From: an uncultured Fibrobacteria bacterium
GTDB lineage: Bacteria; Fibrobacterota; Fibrobacteria; UBA11236
NCBI GenBank assembly: GCA_963716395.1
Contig: OY970309.1
Span: 1,952,001 to 2,016,000 of the forward strand
Direction: 5' to 3'
Length of the DNA: 64,000 bases
This document shows, in pieces, positions 47,063 through 55,781 of the stretch. A program made the position numbers and the translations under genes. Numbering within the stretch: position 1 is the stretch's first letter; each line of letters begins with the position of its first letter. Under the pieces are notes generated by a model. That model saw nothing but the letters and a program-made list of their open reading frames with translations, did not search any database and had not been told where the DNA came from.

Positions 47063-47440
47063 TCAGGCGGCGACGGAGTCGAACTGGCGGCGCCGATGCA
47101 TGCGCACGAAATTGGCGCGGCGGAAATCGTTGCGGTGCTCGACGCAATAGCGCGGATAGACGAATTGCTTGGGGAACACCTTGACCACGTATTTCTGTAG
47201 GCAGCCTTCCAGGCAGCAGAGAAAGTCGAGATCGAGCACTTCGGTATAATTGTGCTTGAACACCATGTTCTTGACGTCGACGCTTTCGAATTCCTTTTTA
47301 TGCTTGGCCCGCTGCTTGATGTCGCGGTGCAACTCGCAATATTTCGCGATGGGATGCCCCCAGAACTCGCGGCCGCACCCGGGTTCCTGGCATACTTTGA
47401 GCTTGATCCGCTTCTTTTTTTTGTATTTGGGCAGCTGCAT
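47063..47440 (-). CDS. Basic hypothetical protein with two C-x4-C...C-x2-H putative Zn ribbons
   Basis: CQEPGC...YCELH and CCLEGC...YCVEH; Lys/Arg-rich termini. Confidence 0.75.
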   Translation of the reverse strand: MQLPKYKKKKRIKLKVCQEPGCGREFWGHPIAKYCELHRDIKQRAKHKKEFESVDVKNMVFKHNYTEVLDLDFLCCLEGCLQKYVVKVFPKQFVYPRYCVEHRNDFRRANFVRMHRRRQFDSVAA

Positions 47441-47624
47441 CGAAATTTCCCCGGGCTAAGGCGCTTTTTTACAAGATACCAAAGCAAATGGTACTCATGG
47501 GTACCCCTGCGATTACGAATGCTAAAAAGTTAAGGCCTGGCTCAGGATTTGCAAGAGCGAAGCGTAGCGCAATGGGGACTCATTCAATTCCAAAAGCCCC
47601 ACCTTCTCCAGCGGAGCGTGCGTG

Positions 47625-48788
47625 TTACCCTGGTTCGGCCGCGAAATAATCTTCAATGAGATGCGCGAAAAAAGCGATTCCCGTGGCCAGGGCCGTGTCG
47701 TTGAAATCGAAACGGGGATTGTGGAGCGGTCCGCGATCCATGCCCAGCCCCAGCCAGCCGTAGGCGCCGGGCACCCGTTCCAGAAAATAGGCGAAGTCTT
47801 CGCCGCCCATGCTCGGCGGCATCGCGCGCAAGCCGTCGGCACCCAGCGCGCGGATCACCGCCGCGCGCGCCCGCGCGGCCATGCCGGGGTCGTTCACCGT
47901 GGGCGGGCAGGCCTCGATCCATTCGAGTTCATCGGCGACCTCGTGGGCCGCGGCCACCCCGTGCGCCAGGGCTTCGAAGTCGGCGCGCAGCCGGGCCCGC
48001 CGCTCCGGGTCGAGGGTACGCAAGGTACCCCGTAACAGGCAGGTTTCAGGGATGACATTGGGGGCTTCACCGGCGGAGATGTGGCCGAAGGTGAGAACAC
48101 CGGGCTCCCGGGGCGGAAGCCGCCGGCTGATCAGGGTTTGCGCCGCGGAGATCAGCGCGGCTCCGGCCACGATGGGATCGCGCGCCAGATGCGGCATGGC
48201 GCCGTGCCCGCCCCGGCCGCGCAACCGCAATTCGAAATTGTCGACCGCCGCCATCACCGGGCCATCGGGAACCGCGACCGTGCCCAGCGGCAATTCGGGC
48301 CAGCCGTGCAGGGCGAACACGGCTTCCACCTGCGGCGCTGCGAGAACGCCGTCAGCGATGAGCTGGGGCGCGCCCAGGCCCGTTTCTTCGGCGGGCTGGA
48401 AGATCAGTTTCACCGATTGCGGATACCGCCGGCCGCGGCGGTGGAGCCAACGTGCCACCCCGAGCAGCATGGTCATGTGGCCGTCATGCCCGCAGGCGTG
48501 CATCACGCCGGCGCGGGCCGATGCCCAGGGCAGCCCCGAGGCTTCCTGCAACGGTAGGGCATCCATGTCGGCGCGCAAGGCCAGGGCTCGTGAGGGGTCG
48601 GCGCCTTCCCAGACCGCCACCACACCCGCCTGATCCGGAAAAACCTGGGGCGTGAAACCCAAAGCGCGCAGCGCGTCGATCAGGGCGTCGCGCGTTGCGA
48701 ATTCGACGCCGCTCAGTTCGGGATTCCCGTGCAACCGGCGGCGGAGCGGCCGGACTTCTTCGGCCAGGACGGTGAAAAGTGAATCCAC
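47625..48788 (-). CDS. M20D family amidohydrolase
   Basis: H.NPELS, LRADMDALP, MHACGHDGH, FQPAEE, GGHGA.PH, GEDF. Confidence 0.93.
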   Translation of the reverse strand: MDSLFTVLAEEVRPLRRRLHGNPELSGVEFATRDALIDALRALGFTPQVFPDQAGVVAVWEGADPSRALALRADMDALPLQEASGLPWASARAGVMHACGHDGHMTMLLGVARWLHRRGRRYPQSVKLIFQPAEETGLGAPQLIADGVLAAPQVEAVFALHGWPELPLGTVAVPDGPVMAAVDNFELRLRGRGGHGAMPHLARDPIVAGAALISAAQTLISRRLPPREPGVLTFGHISAGEAPNVIPETCLLRGTLRTLDPERRARLRADFEALAHGVAAAHEVADELEWIEACPPTVNDPGMAARARAAVIRALGADGLRAMPPSMGGEDFAYFLERVPGAYGWLGLGMDRGPLHNPRFDFNDTALATGIAFFAHLIEDYFAAEPG

Positions 48789-48798
48789 GGCTTTCCTT

Positions 48799-49713
48799 TC
48801 AGCCTTCCAGGCCCGCCATCGTTGCGGGACCGGTGGGGAAGAGGTAGCGCAGCGGATCGACCCGCTCGTCGTTGATCAGCATTTCGAAATGCAAGTGGGG
48901 CCCGGTGGCCGCGCCGCTTTGGCCGATGGTGCCGAGAATTTGTCCCCGCACCACGGATTCGCCGGTGGTGACGCGCAATTGCTGCAAGTGGGCGTAGAAG
49001 GTTTCGATACGTGCCGTATGGCGCACACGCACGCACCAGCCCCACACCGGATCCTGATCGGCTTCGGTCACCACTCCGCCACCGGCCGCATACACCGGCG
49101 CGCCGGGCCGCAGGCTGAAGTCGACGCCTCCGTGCATGCTGCGCCGTTCCGTGAAGGGGTCGAGGCTCATGCCGAAGGGGCGGATGACCAGGGCGCGCGG
49201 ATTGACCGGATAGGAAGTGGGCATGAGGCTCGCCAGGTCGCGGTGCCGTGCCAGCACGAACAGCGAAGAGTCGAAAAACAGGGAGGCCCGCTGCGCCTGC
49301 GACAAGGCCCGGTTCAAATCCGCGTTGCGATCCTCGTCGCCGAAGTGGAACAGCCGGTACAGCCCGGAATGGGTTTCGACGCGCGGCGTCTCGGGCGTTT
49401 CGAGCCCGGCGCTGAACAAGGCGTTGATGCGCGCCGACTCTAGGCTGTCCAGGCTTTGGTCGATGGCCGCATTCCCGCGTTCGAGGGCGACGACGCGCTC
49501 GCGCAATACCTGGTTTTCGCGCGCTTCGCGCCGGCGTTCCGCCCGCCGCGCCGGATTTTCGCGCAGGCTGCCCGAAAGCGCCAGCCAAAACCCCAGCAGG
49601 CACAGGGGTACCATCGTGCCCAACACCGCCACGCCCAGCTTGCGGGAAAAGGAAATGACGCGCACGCGCGAGGAATCGCGCGGGATAAAGTGGATGCGGA
49701 TTTTGAGATCCAT
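48799..49713 (-). CDS. M23 family peptidase
   Basis: TM and coiled coil, HGGVD, YAHL, ATGPHLHFE. Start at ATG 49713. Confidence 0.9.
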   Translation of the reverse strand: MDLKIRIHFIPRDSSRVRVISFSRKLGVAVLGTMVPLCLLGFWLALSGSLRENPARRAERRREARENQVLRERVVALERGNAAIDQSLDSLESARINALFSAGLETPETPRVETHSGLYRLFHFGDEDRNADLNRALSQAQRASLFFDSSLFVLARHRDLASLMPTSYPVNPRALVIRPFGMSLDPFTERRSMHGGVDFSLRPGAPVYAAGGGVVTEADQDPVWGWCVRVRHTARIETFYAHLQQLRVTTGESVVRGQILGTIGQSGAATGPHLHFEMLINDERVDPLRYLFPTGPATMAGLEG

Positions 49714-49738
49714 CGGGGCGTCCGCGATGGAAGCCGGA

Positions 49739-50047
49739 TCAGCGCGGCCGTTTGCTTTCGGCCAGCTTCGCTTCGAGGTCGGTGATTTCCAGCTTACGCC
49801 GGGCGATCTCCGCTTGCAGTTCCGACACGCCAGCGCGTTCGGCAAACCCCTGGAGACCGTCGGGCTGCTCCAGGGCGGCGTGCGCCTCTTTGCCGAGTTC
49901 GGTGAAAGCGCGCTGCAGTTTTCGGCGTTCGGCCATCAAATCCAAATGCAGCTTGCCGGTGCGCGCGGCGTCTTCGATCTTGGTCGCCGACGAATGCGCA
50001 CCGGCCAACACCTTGGACTTCAGCCGTTCCAAAAAATTGTAGTCCAT
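49739..50047 (-). CDS. Hypothetical coiled-coil protein
   Basis: 102-aa helical ORF with AAAGGGA upstream, co-oriented with the M23 gene. Confidence 0.7.
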   Translation of the reverse strand: MDYNFLERLKSKVLAGAHSSATKIEDAARTGKLHLDLMAERRKLQRAFTELGKEAHAALEQPDGLQGFAERAGVSELQAEIARRKLEITDLEAKLAESKRPR

Positions 50048-50169
50048 GTGTCCCTTTCGTCCCTCTCAACCTTCCGCCTCGAATCTTGGTCCGCACCGGA
50101 AGACACAGGGTAATTTAGCAAGAATCCCCAGGCGCGCCCCGCCCGGCGCCTGCGGGCCCGTCGGCTCGC

Positions 50170-50403
50170 TCAAAGTCCCGGGGACTCGGGGCTTTCGTCG
50201 CGCGTGTCGGAGTCGCGGCGTTCCATTTCGGCCAACAGGGTTTCCCGGATGATTTGCCGAAAATTGTTTTCGACGAATTCGAAGAGATCGTCCTGCTTGG
50301 CGTTGGGGTCGTCGAGCATCATTTCCTGCACGCACAAGGCGGTGGAGATCATGATTTCTTTGACCAGATCTTCGTCGTACATCTTTTTGATCGGCTCGGA
50401 CAC
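50170..50403 (-). CDS. Small acidic hypothetical protein
   Basis: 77-aa ORF with protein-like composition; TATAAT about 40 nt upstream. Confidence 0.65.
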   Translation of the reverse strand: MSEPIKKMYDEDLVKEIMISTALCVQEMMLDDPNAKQDDLFEFVENNFRQIIRETLLAEMERRDSDTRDESPESPGL

Positions 50404-50575
50404 TCAGAACCCCGCGCGGACTTCCCAAAGCGGCGCGCCTTCGAATTATACGACGGCCGACCCCGCCGAACAACCGCGTAACATGAGGTCATTTAGTATC
50501 TTCAGCTTTTGTTTTTCCCGAAGATGTCGTTGGCAAAATCCTGCATGCCGGCGCTGTGCCGCCGCGGAGCTTTGA

Positions 50576-51877
50576 ATGGCTGAGACCCCTTCTGCGCCCG
50601 AATCGCCCAAAGGCTGGCGACACGCAGGTCGTACCTTCGTGCGTGAATTCGTCATCCCCATCGCGCTGGCGCTGCTCTTCATCCAATTCGTGGTCCAAGC
50701 CTTCAAGATTCCCTCGGCCTCCATGGAAGATACGCTCAAGGTCGGCGATTTTCTGCTGGGCCTCAAGTTCGTGTACGGCTCGCCCATTCCTTTTTCGCAC
50801 CGGCGGCTGCCGGCGCTCTCCGAACCCAAGCCCGGAGACGTGCTCATCTTCCGCTATCCCGGCGATCCGTCTTATCCCGAAGGGAAACCCGAACGTTACC
50901 GCTTTCTGGCCAACCTCTTTCTGTTCGGCAACCTCTACTGGGATCGCACGCCGGCCGCGGGGGAAAACCATCTGGTGTGGTATGCGCCCAAGGACTTCAT
51001 CAAACGGTGCGTGGCCCGAAGCGGTCAGGTGTTGCGGGTATCGGGCCCCCATGTCTATGTCGACGGCAAGGAATTTCCCCTGCCGCCCCGGGGCAAATAC
51101 CGCGAAGACCGCGGCTACGATTCCATTCGCGACAACCTGGTATTCCGCCTGCCCAAACCCGGTGACACCTACGATTTCGACACCCTGTCTTTGACCCGCG
51201 CCTGCTGGATCCGCTCCTTGGCCATCCAGGAAAACCCCGGCCACAAGGTCGAACTGGCCCTGGATTTGTGGCGCGATTCGGTGGTCGACGACGACTACAT
51301 CCTGCCTTATATCAACGGCGACGCCAACAATCCCAACCATCAGGCGGCGCTCTACTATCTGGGCGTACCCCTGGAGCGGCGCGTGGCCGGCACCGTGGAA
51401 TACTGGCATGCCGAAAACGTGCCCTTCCGCCGCATCCAACAAATCGCGGCCACAGGTTACATCCGCACCACCGATTTGCTGCCGCCCGAATTGCGTCCCT
51501 CCGGTGGCCGGCGGGTGGAAAGCAACGAATACTACATGGGCAATTACCTCCAGCTCATCGCCCAGAATCTGCGCGATCAGGGGTTGGCGGCCCACAGGCA
51601 ATACCGACTGCATACCGCCCTGATCATCGACGGCCATCGATCCAACCGCTATACCATCAAGATGCCGTGCTACTTCATGATGGGCGACAACCGCGACAAT
51701 TCCTCCGACAGCCGCTATTGGGGCCCGTTGTCGCTCAACAACGTCAAGGCCAAAGCCTTCATCATTTATTTCTCCTTTGAGAACGACGACAACGGTTTCA
51801 ACTTTTCCAACCCCCTTAGCTGGCTTTCCATTCCCACGCGCATCCGGTGGACGCGCCTCGGCAAACTCATCCATTGA
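50576..51877 (+). CDS. lepB: Signal peptidase I with large insertions
   Basis: IPSASMEDTL..GD (catalytic Ser), DFIKRCVA (Lys), MMGDNRDNSSDSRYWG. Confidence 0.93.
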   Translation: MAETPSAPESPKGWRHAGRTFVREFVIPIALALLFIQFVVQAFKIPSASMEDTLKVGDFLLGLKFVYGSPIPFSHRRLPALSEPKPGDVLIFRYPGDPSYPEGKPERYRFLANLFLFGNLYWDRTPAAGENHLVWYAPKDFIKRCVARSGQVLRVSGPHVYVDGKEFPLPPRGKYREDRGYDSIRDNLVFRLPKPGDTYDFDTLSLTRACWIRSLAIQENPGHKVELALDLWRDSVVDDDYILPYINGDANNPNHQAALYYLGVPLERRVAGTVEYWHAENVPFRRIQQIAATGYIRTTDLLPPELRPSGGRRVESNEYYMGNYLQLIAQNLRDQGLAAHRQYRLHTALIIDGHRSNRYTIKMPCYFMMGDNRDNSSDSRYWGPLSLNNVKAKAFIIYFSFENDDNGFNFSNPLSWLSIPTRIRWTRLGKLIH

Positions 51878-53670
51878 GGCGGCCGGGCCGGAGGCGCGCT
51901 GCGCTCCGGGTCGCCTTGGCCGCCGCGTTTGCCGCCGTGGCCGGCGCGGGCCTGCATTGCGCGCATGTCGAACCGCCGCCGGGTGGTCCCATCGATACCA
52001 TTCCGCCCGTGATTATCGCGGTGCATCCCGCTCCGGGCGCAGTGGACGTGCCGCGGGATGTGGTGGCCGCGCTGCGCTTTTCGGAGTGGATCGATCGCGG
52101 CGCCGCCCGCGGCCACGTGCTGCTGTCGCCGCCTCTGCCCGGAAGGCTGAAGGGCGAGGTGGATGGCGATCGTCTCATACTGCATTGGCCGCGGACCTTG
52201 CAAGCGAATACGGCCTACCGTTTGACCGTCCTGGGGACGGTGAAGGACTTGCATGGCAACTCCATGGGCCGCGCCTTCTCCCTGGCCTTCTCCACCGGTC
52301 GCAGCTTTGATTCGGGGGCGGTGGCCGGCCGCGTGATGGTTTTGGATCGCAAAGGCCCGGCGCTGGTGGCCCTCTACCGCGCCGTCGGCCGCGACAGCGG
52401 ACGCGTATGGCCGCGGACCTTGCAGGCCGCGGCGGCCTTCCGGCCCGACTCGTTGCCCCATCCCGGCCGCGAATTGCCGGCCTTCATCGCGCCGGCCGAT
52501 TCGCTGGGGGCCTTTGCGCTCGACTCGGTGAGCCAGGGCGATTACGCGCTGCTGGCCTTTGAAGACATCGACGGCAATCTGCTGCCGGATGCGGGTTTCG
52601 AGCCGATGGCCGTTGGTCCCGCCAACCTGCATCTGGGACCGCGCGCTCCCGATCAGTTTTTGCGCATGGCCGTGATCGACACCACGCCCCCGCGCCTGCG
52701 CTCGGCCCGTATCCTTCCCGATACCGTGGGGGATTCCTCCGTTCCGGCCGCGGTGCGGGTGAAATTCGATCGCCAGGTCGAGCCTTTCGCCGCGGCCGAT
52801 GCGGGGAATTACCAGTTGTACGCGCCGGGCGATACGGTACGCGTCGCGGCCGTGGGCTGGGACGCGGTGGCCGGGGACTGGGTGCTGTCCGTTGTGCTTC
52901 GTCCCAAAACCTCCTATCGGCTGCGGGTGCGCAACGTGCGCGATCTTTCCGGACAGGCGGTGGCGGCGGCCGGGGACACTTTGGCCTGCACCGCGGCCCC
53001 GCCCGACACCTTGGCCTGGACCTTGTCCTTTCTTTATCCGCCCGACGCGTCGGGATATGCATCGCCGCGCCCGCCGGGCGATTTGCCGACCACCGACAGT
53101 CTGCGCCTGCGCAGCAGCCGTCTGTTGACGCCGGCGCGCTGGAGCGTCTTGAAAGATCGCCTGGAGGCGCGGGTCGATACGGTGCCTGCCCCCATCCATT
53201 TGCAGCCCGCGGGACCGGTGGAATTCACCCTCAGCCTGGGCCGCGCGCTCCGCCCCGGCCAATCCCTGCGTCTGCGCCTGCGGCCGATTCCACCCGACAC
53301 GATAATCCGCACCCTGGCCTCCGGGCAGGCCGTCGATTCCGCCCATCTCGGCGCCTTGAAATTCGCCGTGAAAGGTTGGGCGGGTTGGACGTTCCTGTTG
53401 CAAGGCCCGGCCCCGGCTGCGGAGCGCGTGATTTCGGCCGGGGGCGATACGGCGGCCACCGGATCCATCCCGGCCGGCCTATACCGGATTGCGGCCTTCT
53501 GGGATCGGGATCACAACGGTATTTGGAATCCGGGCGCGCTCCGCCCCTGGACGCCGCAGGAACCCTTCGCCGTGCTTATCGATTCGATCCGCGTCACGCC
53601 CGGCGCGGCCACCGACGCCACGCCGTTGGTGCCGGGGTATTCGGGGGCGGCGTTGACGCCGGCCAAGTGA
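51874..53670 (+). CDS. Ig-like domain (Big_5/SbsA-type) lipoprotein
   Basis: CA....PPGGP.DT.PP motif, FSEWID, L.ANT.Y, KDL.GN, FSTG...D. Probable TTG start overlapping the lepB stop. Confidence 0.8.
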   Translation: MRRPGRRRAALRVALAAAFAAVAGAGLHCAHVEPPPGGPIDTIPPVIIAVHPAPGAVDVPRDVVAALRFSEWIDRGAARGHVLLSPPLPGRLKGEVDGDRLILHWPRTLQANTAYRLTVLGTVKDLHGNSMGRAFSLAFSTGRSFDSGAVAGRVMVLDRKGPALVALYRAVGRDSGRVWPRTLQAAAAFRPDSLPHPGRELPAFIAPADSLGAFALDSVSQGDYALLAFEDIDGNLLPDAGFEPMAVGPANLHLGPRAPDQFLRMAVIDTTPPRLRSARILPDTVGDSSVPAAVRVKFDRQVEPFAAADAGNYQLYAPGDTVRVAAVGWDAVAGDWVLSVVLRPKTSYRLRVRNVRDLSGQAVAAAGDTLACTAAPPDTLAWTLSFLYPPDASGYASPRPPGDLPTTDSLRLRSSRLLTPARWSVLKDRLEARVDTVPAPIHLQPAGPVEFTLSLGRALRPGQSLRLRLRPIPPDTIIRTLASGQAVDSAHLGALKFAVKGWAGWTFLLQGPAPAAERVISAGGDTAATGSIPAGLYRIAAFWDRDHNGIWNPGALRPWTPQEPFAVLIDSIRVTPGAATDATPLVPGYSGAALTPAK

Positions 53671-53718
53671 TCGGCGCACGCACTTTTAGAGTGCGCGGGC
53701 TTGCTAACTTTCTTCGCC

Positions 53719-54228
53719 ATGGAAGGGCCCGCGGTTCCCCTCGCCTCGAGTCTGGAGCATGCGTCTTTGGAGCGCCTGGAAAAATATTTGGCGCGCCACG
53801 GTCTGCAATGCCGGGTCGAGCGCGCTCCGGAGCCGTCGGAGCGCTTTGTGCTTACGGTGGCCGCCGCCGACGCCGACAAGGCCAAGCGGCTGTTCGAAGA
53901 CATCGCGCTGCGCGGCGGCGATATGAGCGCGGCCGACGAATGGGTGGAACTTCGCTGCGACGAAAATGAACGCAATGAAATCGCCGCCTGGCTGCAATTG
54001 CTGCTCGACGAGCAGGATGTGGAGGGTTCGCCGATTTTCTTCTACCGCCCGCAGTACGAGGCCCTGCTCGACGCCCTGATGGCGCAGGGCCACGCCGAAG
54101 TTTCGGTGTTTTTGCTGCGCGGCCTCGGCCCCTTTCTTCCCGAAGGCCCGCGGCGCATGGTGATGAGCCGCGCCTTGCAGGAGTTCTTCCAGTTGATCGA
54201 ATCCGTTGCGGCGGACGAAGAGAGCTGA
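53719..54228 (+). CDS. Hypothetical protein with DUF2007-like N-terminus
   Basis: L...L..HG..C.V......LTV...DAD.A..L pattern. TAACTT-N8-ATG upstream. Confidence 0.6.
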   Translation: MEGPAVPLASSLEHASLERLEKYLARHGLQCRVERAPEPSERFVLTVAAADADKAKRLFEDIALRGGDMSAADEWVELRCDENERNEIAAWLQLLLDEQDVEGSPIFFYRPQYEALLDALMAQGHAEVSVFLLRGLGPFLPEGPRRMVMSRALQEFFQLIESVAADEES

Positions 54229-54239
54229 TACCTCCGGGC

Positions 54240-55748
54240 ATGCTGCTTCCCGACCTCAGCGATCGCCGCTATCAGATCGTCAAAATCCTGGGTCAGGGCG
54301 GATCCGCCGACGTGTATCTGGCCCGCCATCTCGCCTTGGGTGAATTGCGGGTGCTGAAAATTTTGCATCAGGATATTCTTCCCGATTCCAAGCGCCGCAC
54401 CCGCTTTCTGCAAGAGGCCAAACTCGCCGCGCACTTGAAGCACCCCGCGATTGTACGCGTGTTCGACGTTACGCAAACCCGCGCTTCCCTGCAAATCGAG
54501 ATGGAATACATCGAAGGCCAGAGTTTGCGCCAGTATCTGGAACAGAAAAGCCGCCTGCCGCCCCCCGTGGCGGTGGCCGTGATCGAAGCGGTGCTGGAAG
54601 GGCTGGAGCATGCGCATGCCGCCACGCTGAACTTCGACGGCGTGGAATACGACGGGGTCATCCACCGCGATCTCAAACCCGAGAATATTCTGCTGCGGCG
54701 GGACGGCCAGCCCGTGATTTGCGATTTCGGCATCGCCAAGCTCGGGGCCGATTTGCTCTCGATGACCCAGAACGTCAGCGGCAGCGTGCCGTACATGGCG
54801 CCCGAACGCCTGCGCGGCGAGAACTCCACGCGCGCCATCGACGTCTTCGCGCTGGGCGTGATGCTGTTCGAAATTCTGGCCGGGTTCCGGCCTTTTCGCG
54901 GCGACAACCGCACCGAGGTGATCGAGAATATTCTCAAGTGGAACATCGCCGACATCCGCGCCGATCTCCCCGATCTCGATCCCGCCCTGCTGGAGATTCT
55001 GCAACGGGCGCTGGCGCGCGATCCCTCCGATCGCTATGCCGACGCGGGACAAATGCGGGCGGCCTTGGGTCCGCTGTACAAGCAGTACCACGGCGAGGCT
55101 CCGCCGCGCCAGGTGATCGGCGAGTTTTTGCGCCTCGGGCGTATCACCACCACCGAATTCCGCGCCTTGCTGCCGGAAGAATCCTTCTGGTCGCGCCGCC
55201 TGTGGTGGTGGGGCCTGCCGGCCGTGGCGGTGTTGGGGTTGACGGCGGTTTTGGTGGGGCGCCCCGCATTTTTGCATGCTCCGCAGGGATTCGCGGCCTT
55301 GGCCGCGGCCGGAAAACTCAAGCAGGCCGCCGAACATCTGCCTACCGAACCCCAGACCCGGCAGGCGGCCTGCTTCGCCCTGGCCCAGGACTATTGGCAG
55401 CGCCGGGATGCGCAGACGGCGCTCTGGTGGACGGATCAGGCGCTGGACGCGGGTCCGCATCCCCGTATGTACGCCTTGCGGGCCGAAATCTATCTGGACC
55501 GGGGTTTGCGCAACCGCGCCCGCGACGAATTGGATCGCGAACACCCCTTTCTCGGCCGCTCCAGCGTCGAAACCCAGGCCCAGTATTATTGGCTGCTAAG
55601 CCGGTGGCTGCATGCCGTACCTTCGCCGCTGGCGGCGGGCCAGCGGCGCGAGTTGCGCGCCAGCCTCGAAGCGGTGCTCAAACTGGTCGGCAACCCCACC
55701 GATCCCCGCCACGTGGCCGCCCGCCAATGGCTGGTGGATCTGCATTGA
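54240..55748 (+). CDS. Hanks-type Ser/Thr protein kinase with TM helix and TPR-like C-terminus
   Basis: LGQGGSADVY, VLK, HRDLKPEN, DFG, YMAPE, DVFALG. Confidence 0.93.
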   Translation: MLLPDLSDRRYQIVKILGQGGSADVYLARHLALGELRVLKILHQDILPDSKRRTRFLQEAKLAAHLKHPAIVRVFDVTQTRASLQIEMEYIEGQSLRQYLEQKSRLPPPVAVAVIEAVLEGLEHAHAATLNFDGVEYDGVIHRDLKPENILLRRDGQPVICDFGIAKLGADLLSMTQNVSGSVPYMAPERLRGENSTRAIDVFALGVMLFEILAGFRPFRGDNRTEVIENILKWNIADIRADLPDLDPALLEILQRALARDPSDRYADAGQMRAALGPLYKQYHGEAPPRQVIGEFLRLGRITTTEFRALLPEESFWSRRLWWWGLPAVAVLGLTAVLVGRPAFLHAPQGFAALAAAGKLKQAAEHLPTEPQTRQAACFALAQDYWQRRDAQTALWWTDQALDAGPHPRMYALRAEIYLDRGLRNRARDELDREHPFLGRSSVETQAQYYWLLSRWLHAVPSPLAAGQRRELRASLEAVLKLVGNPTDPRHVAARQWLVDLH

Positions 55749-55781
55749 CGGCGGCGTCGCTCCGCCAGATTGGATATATTT

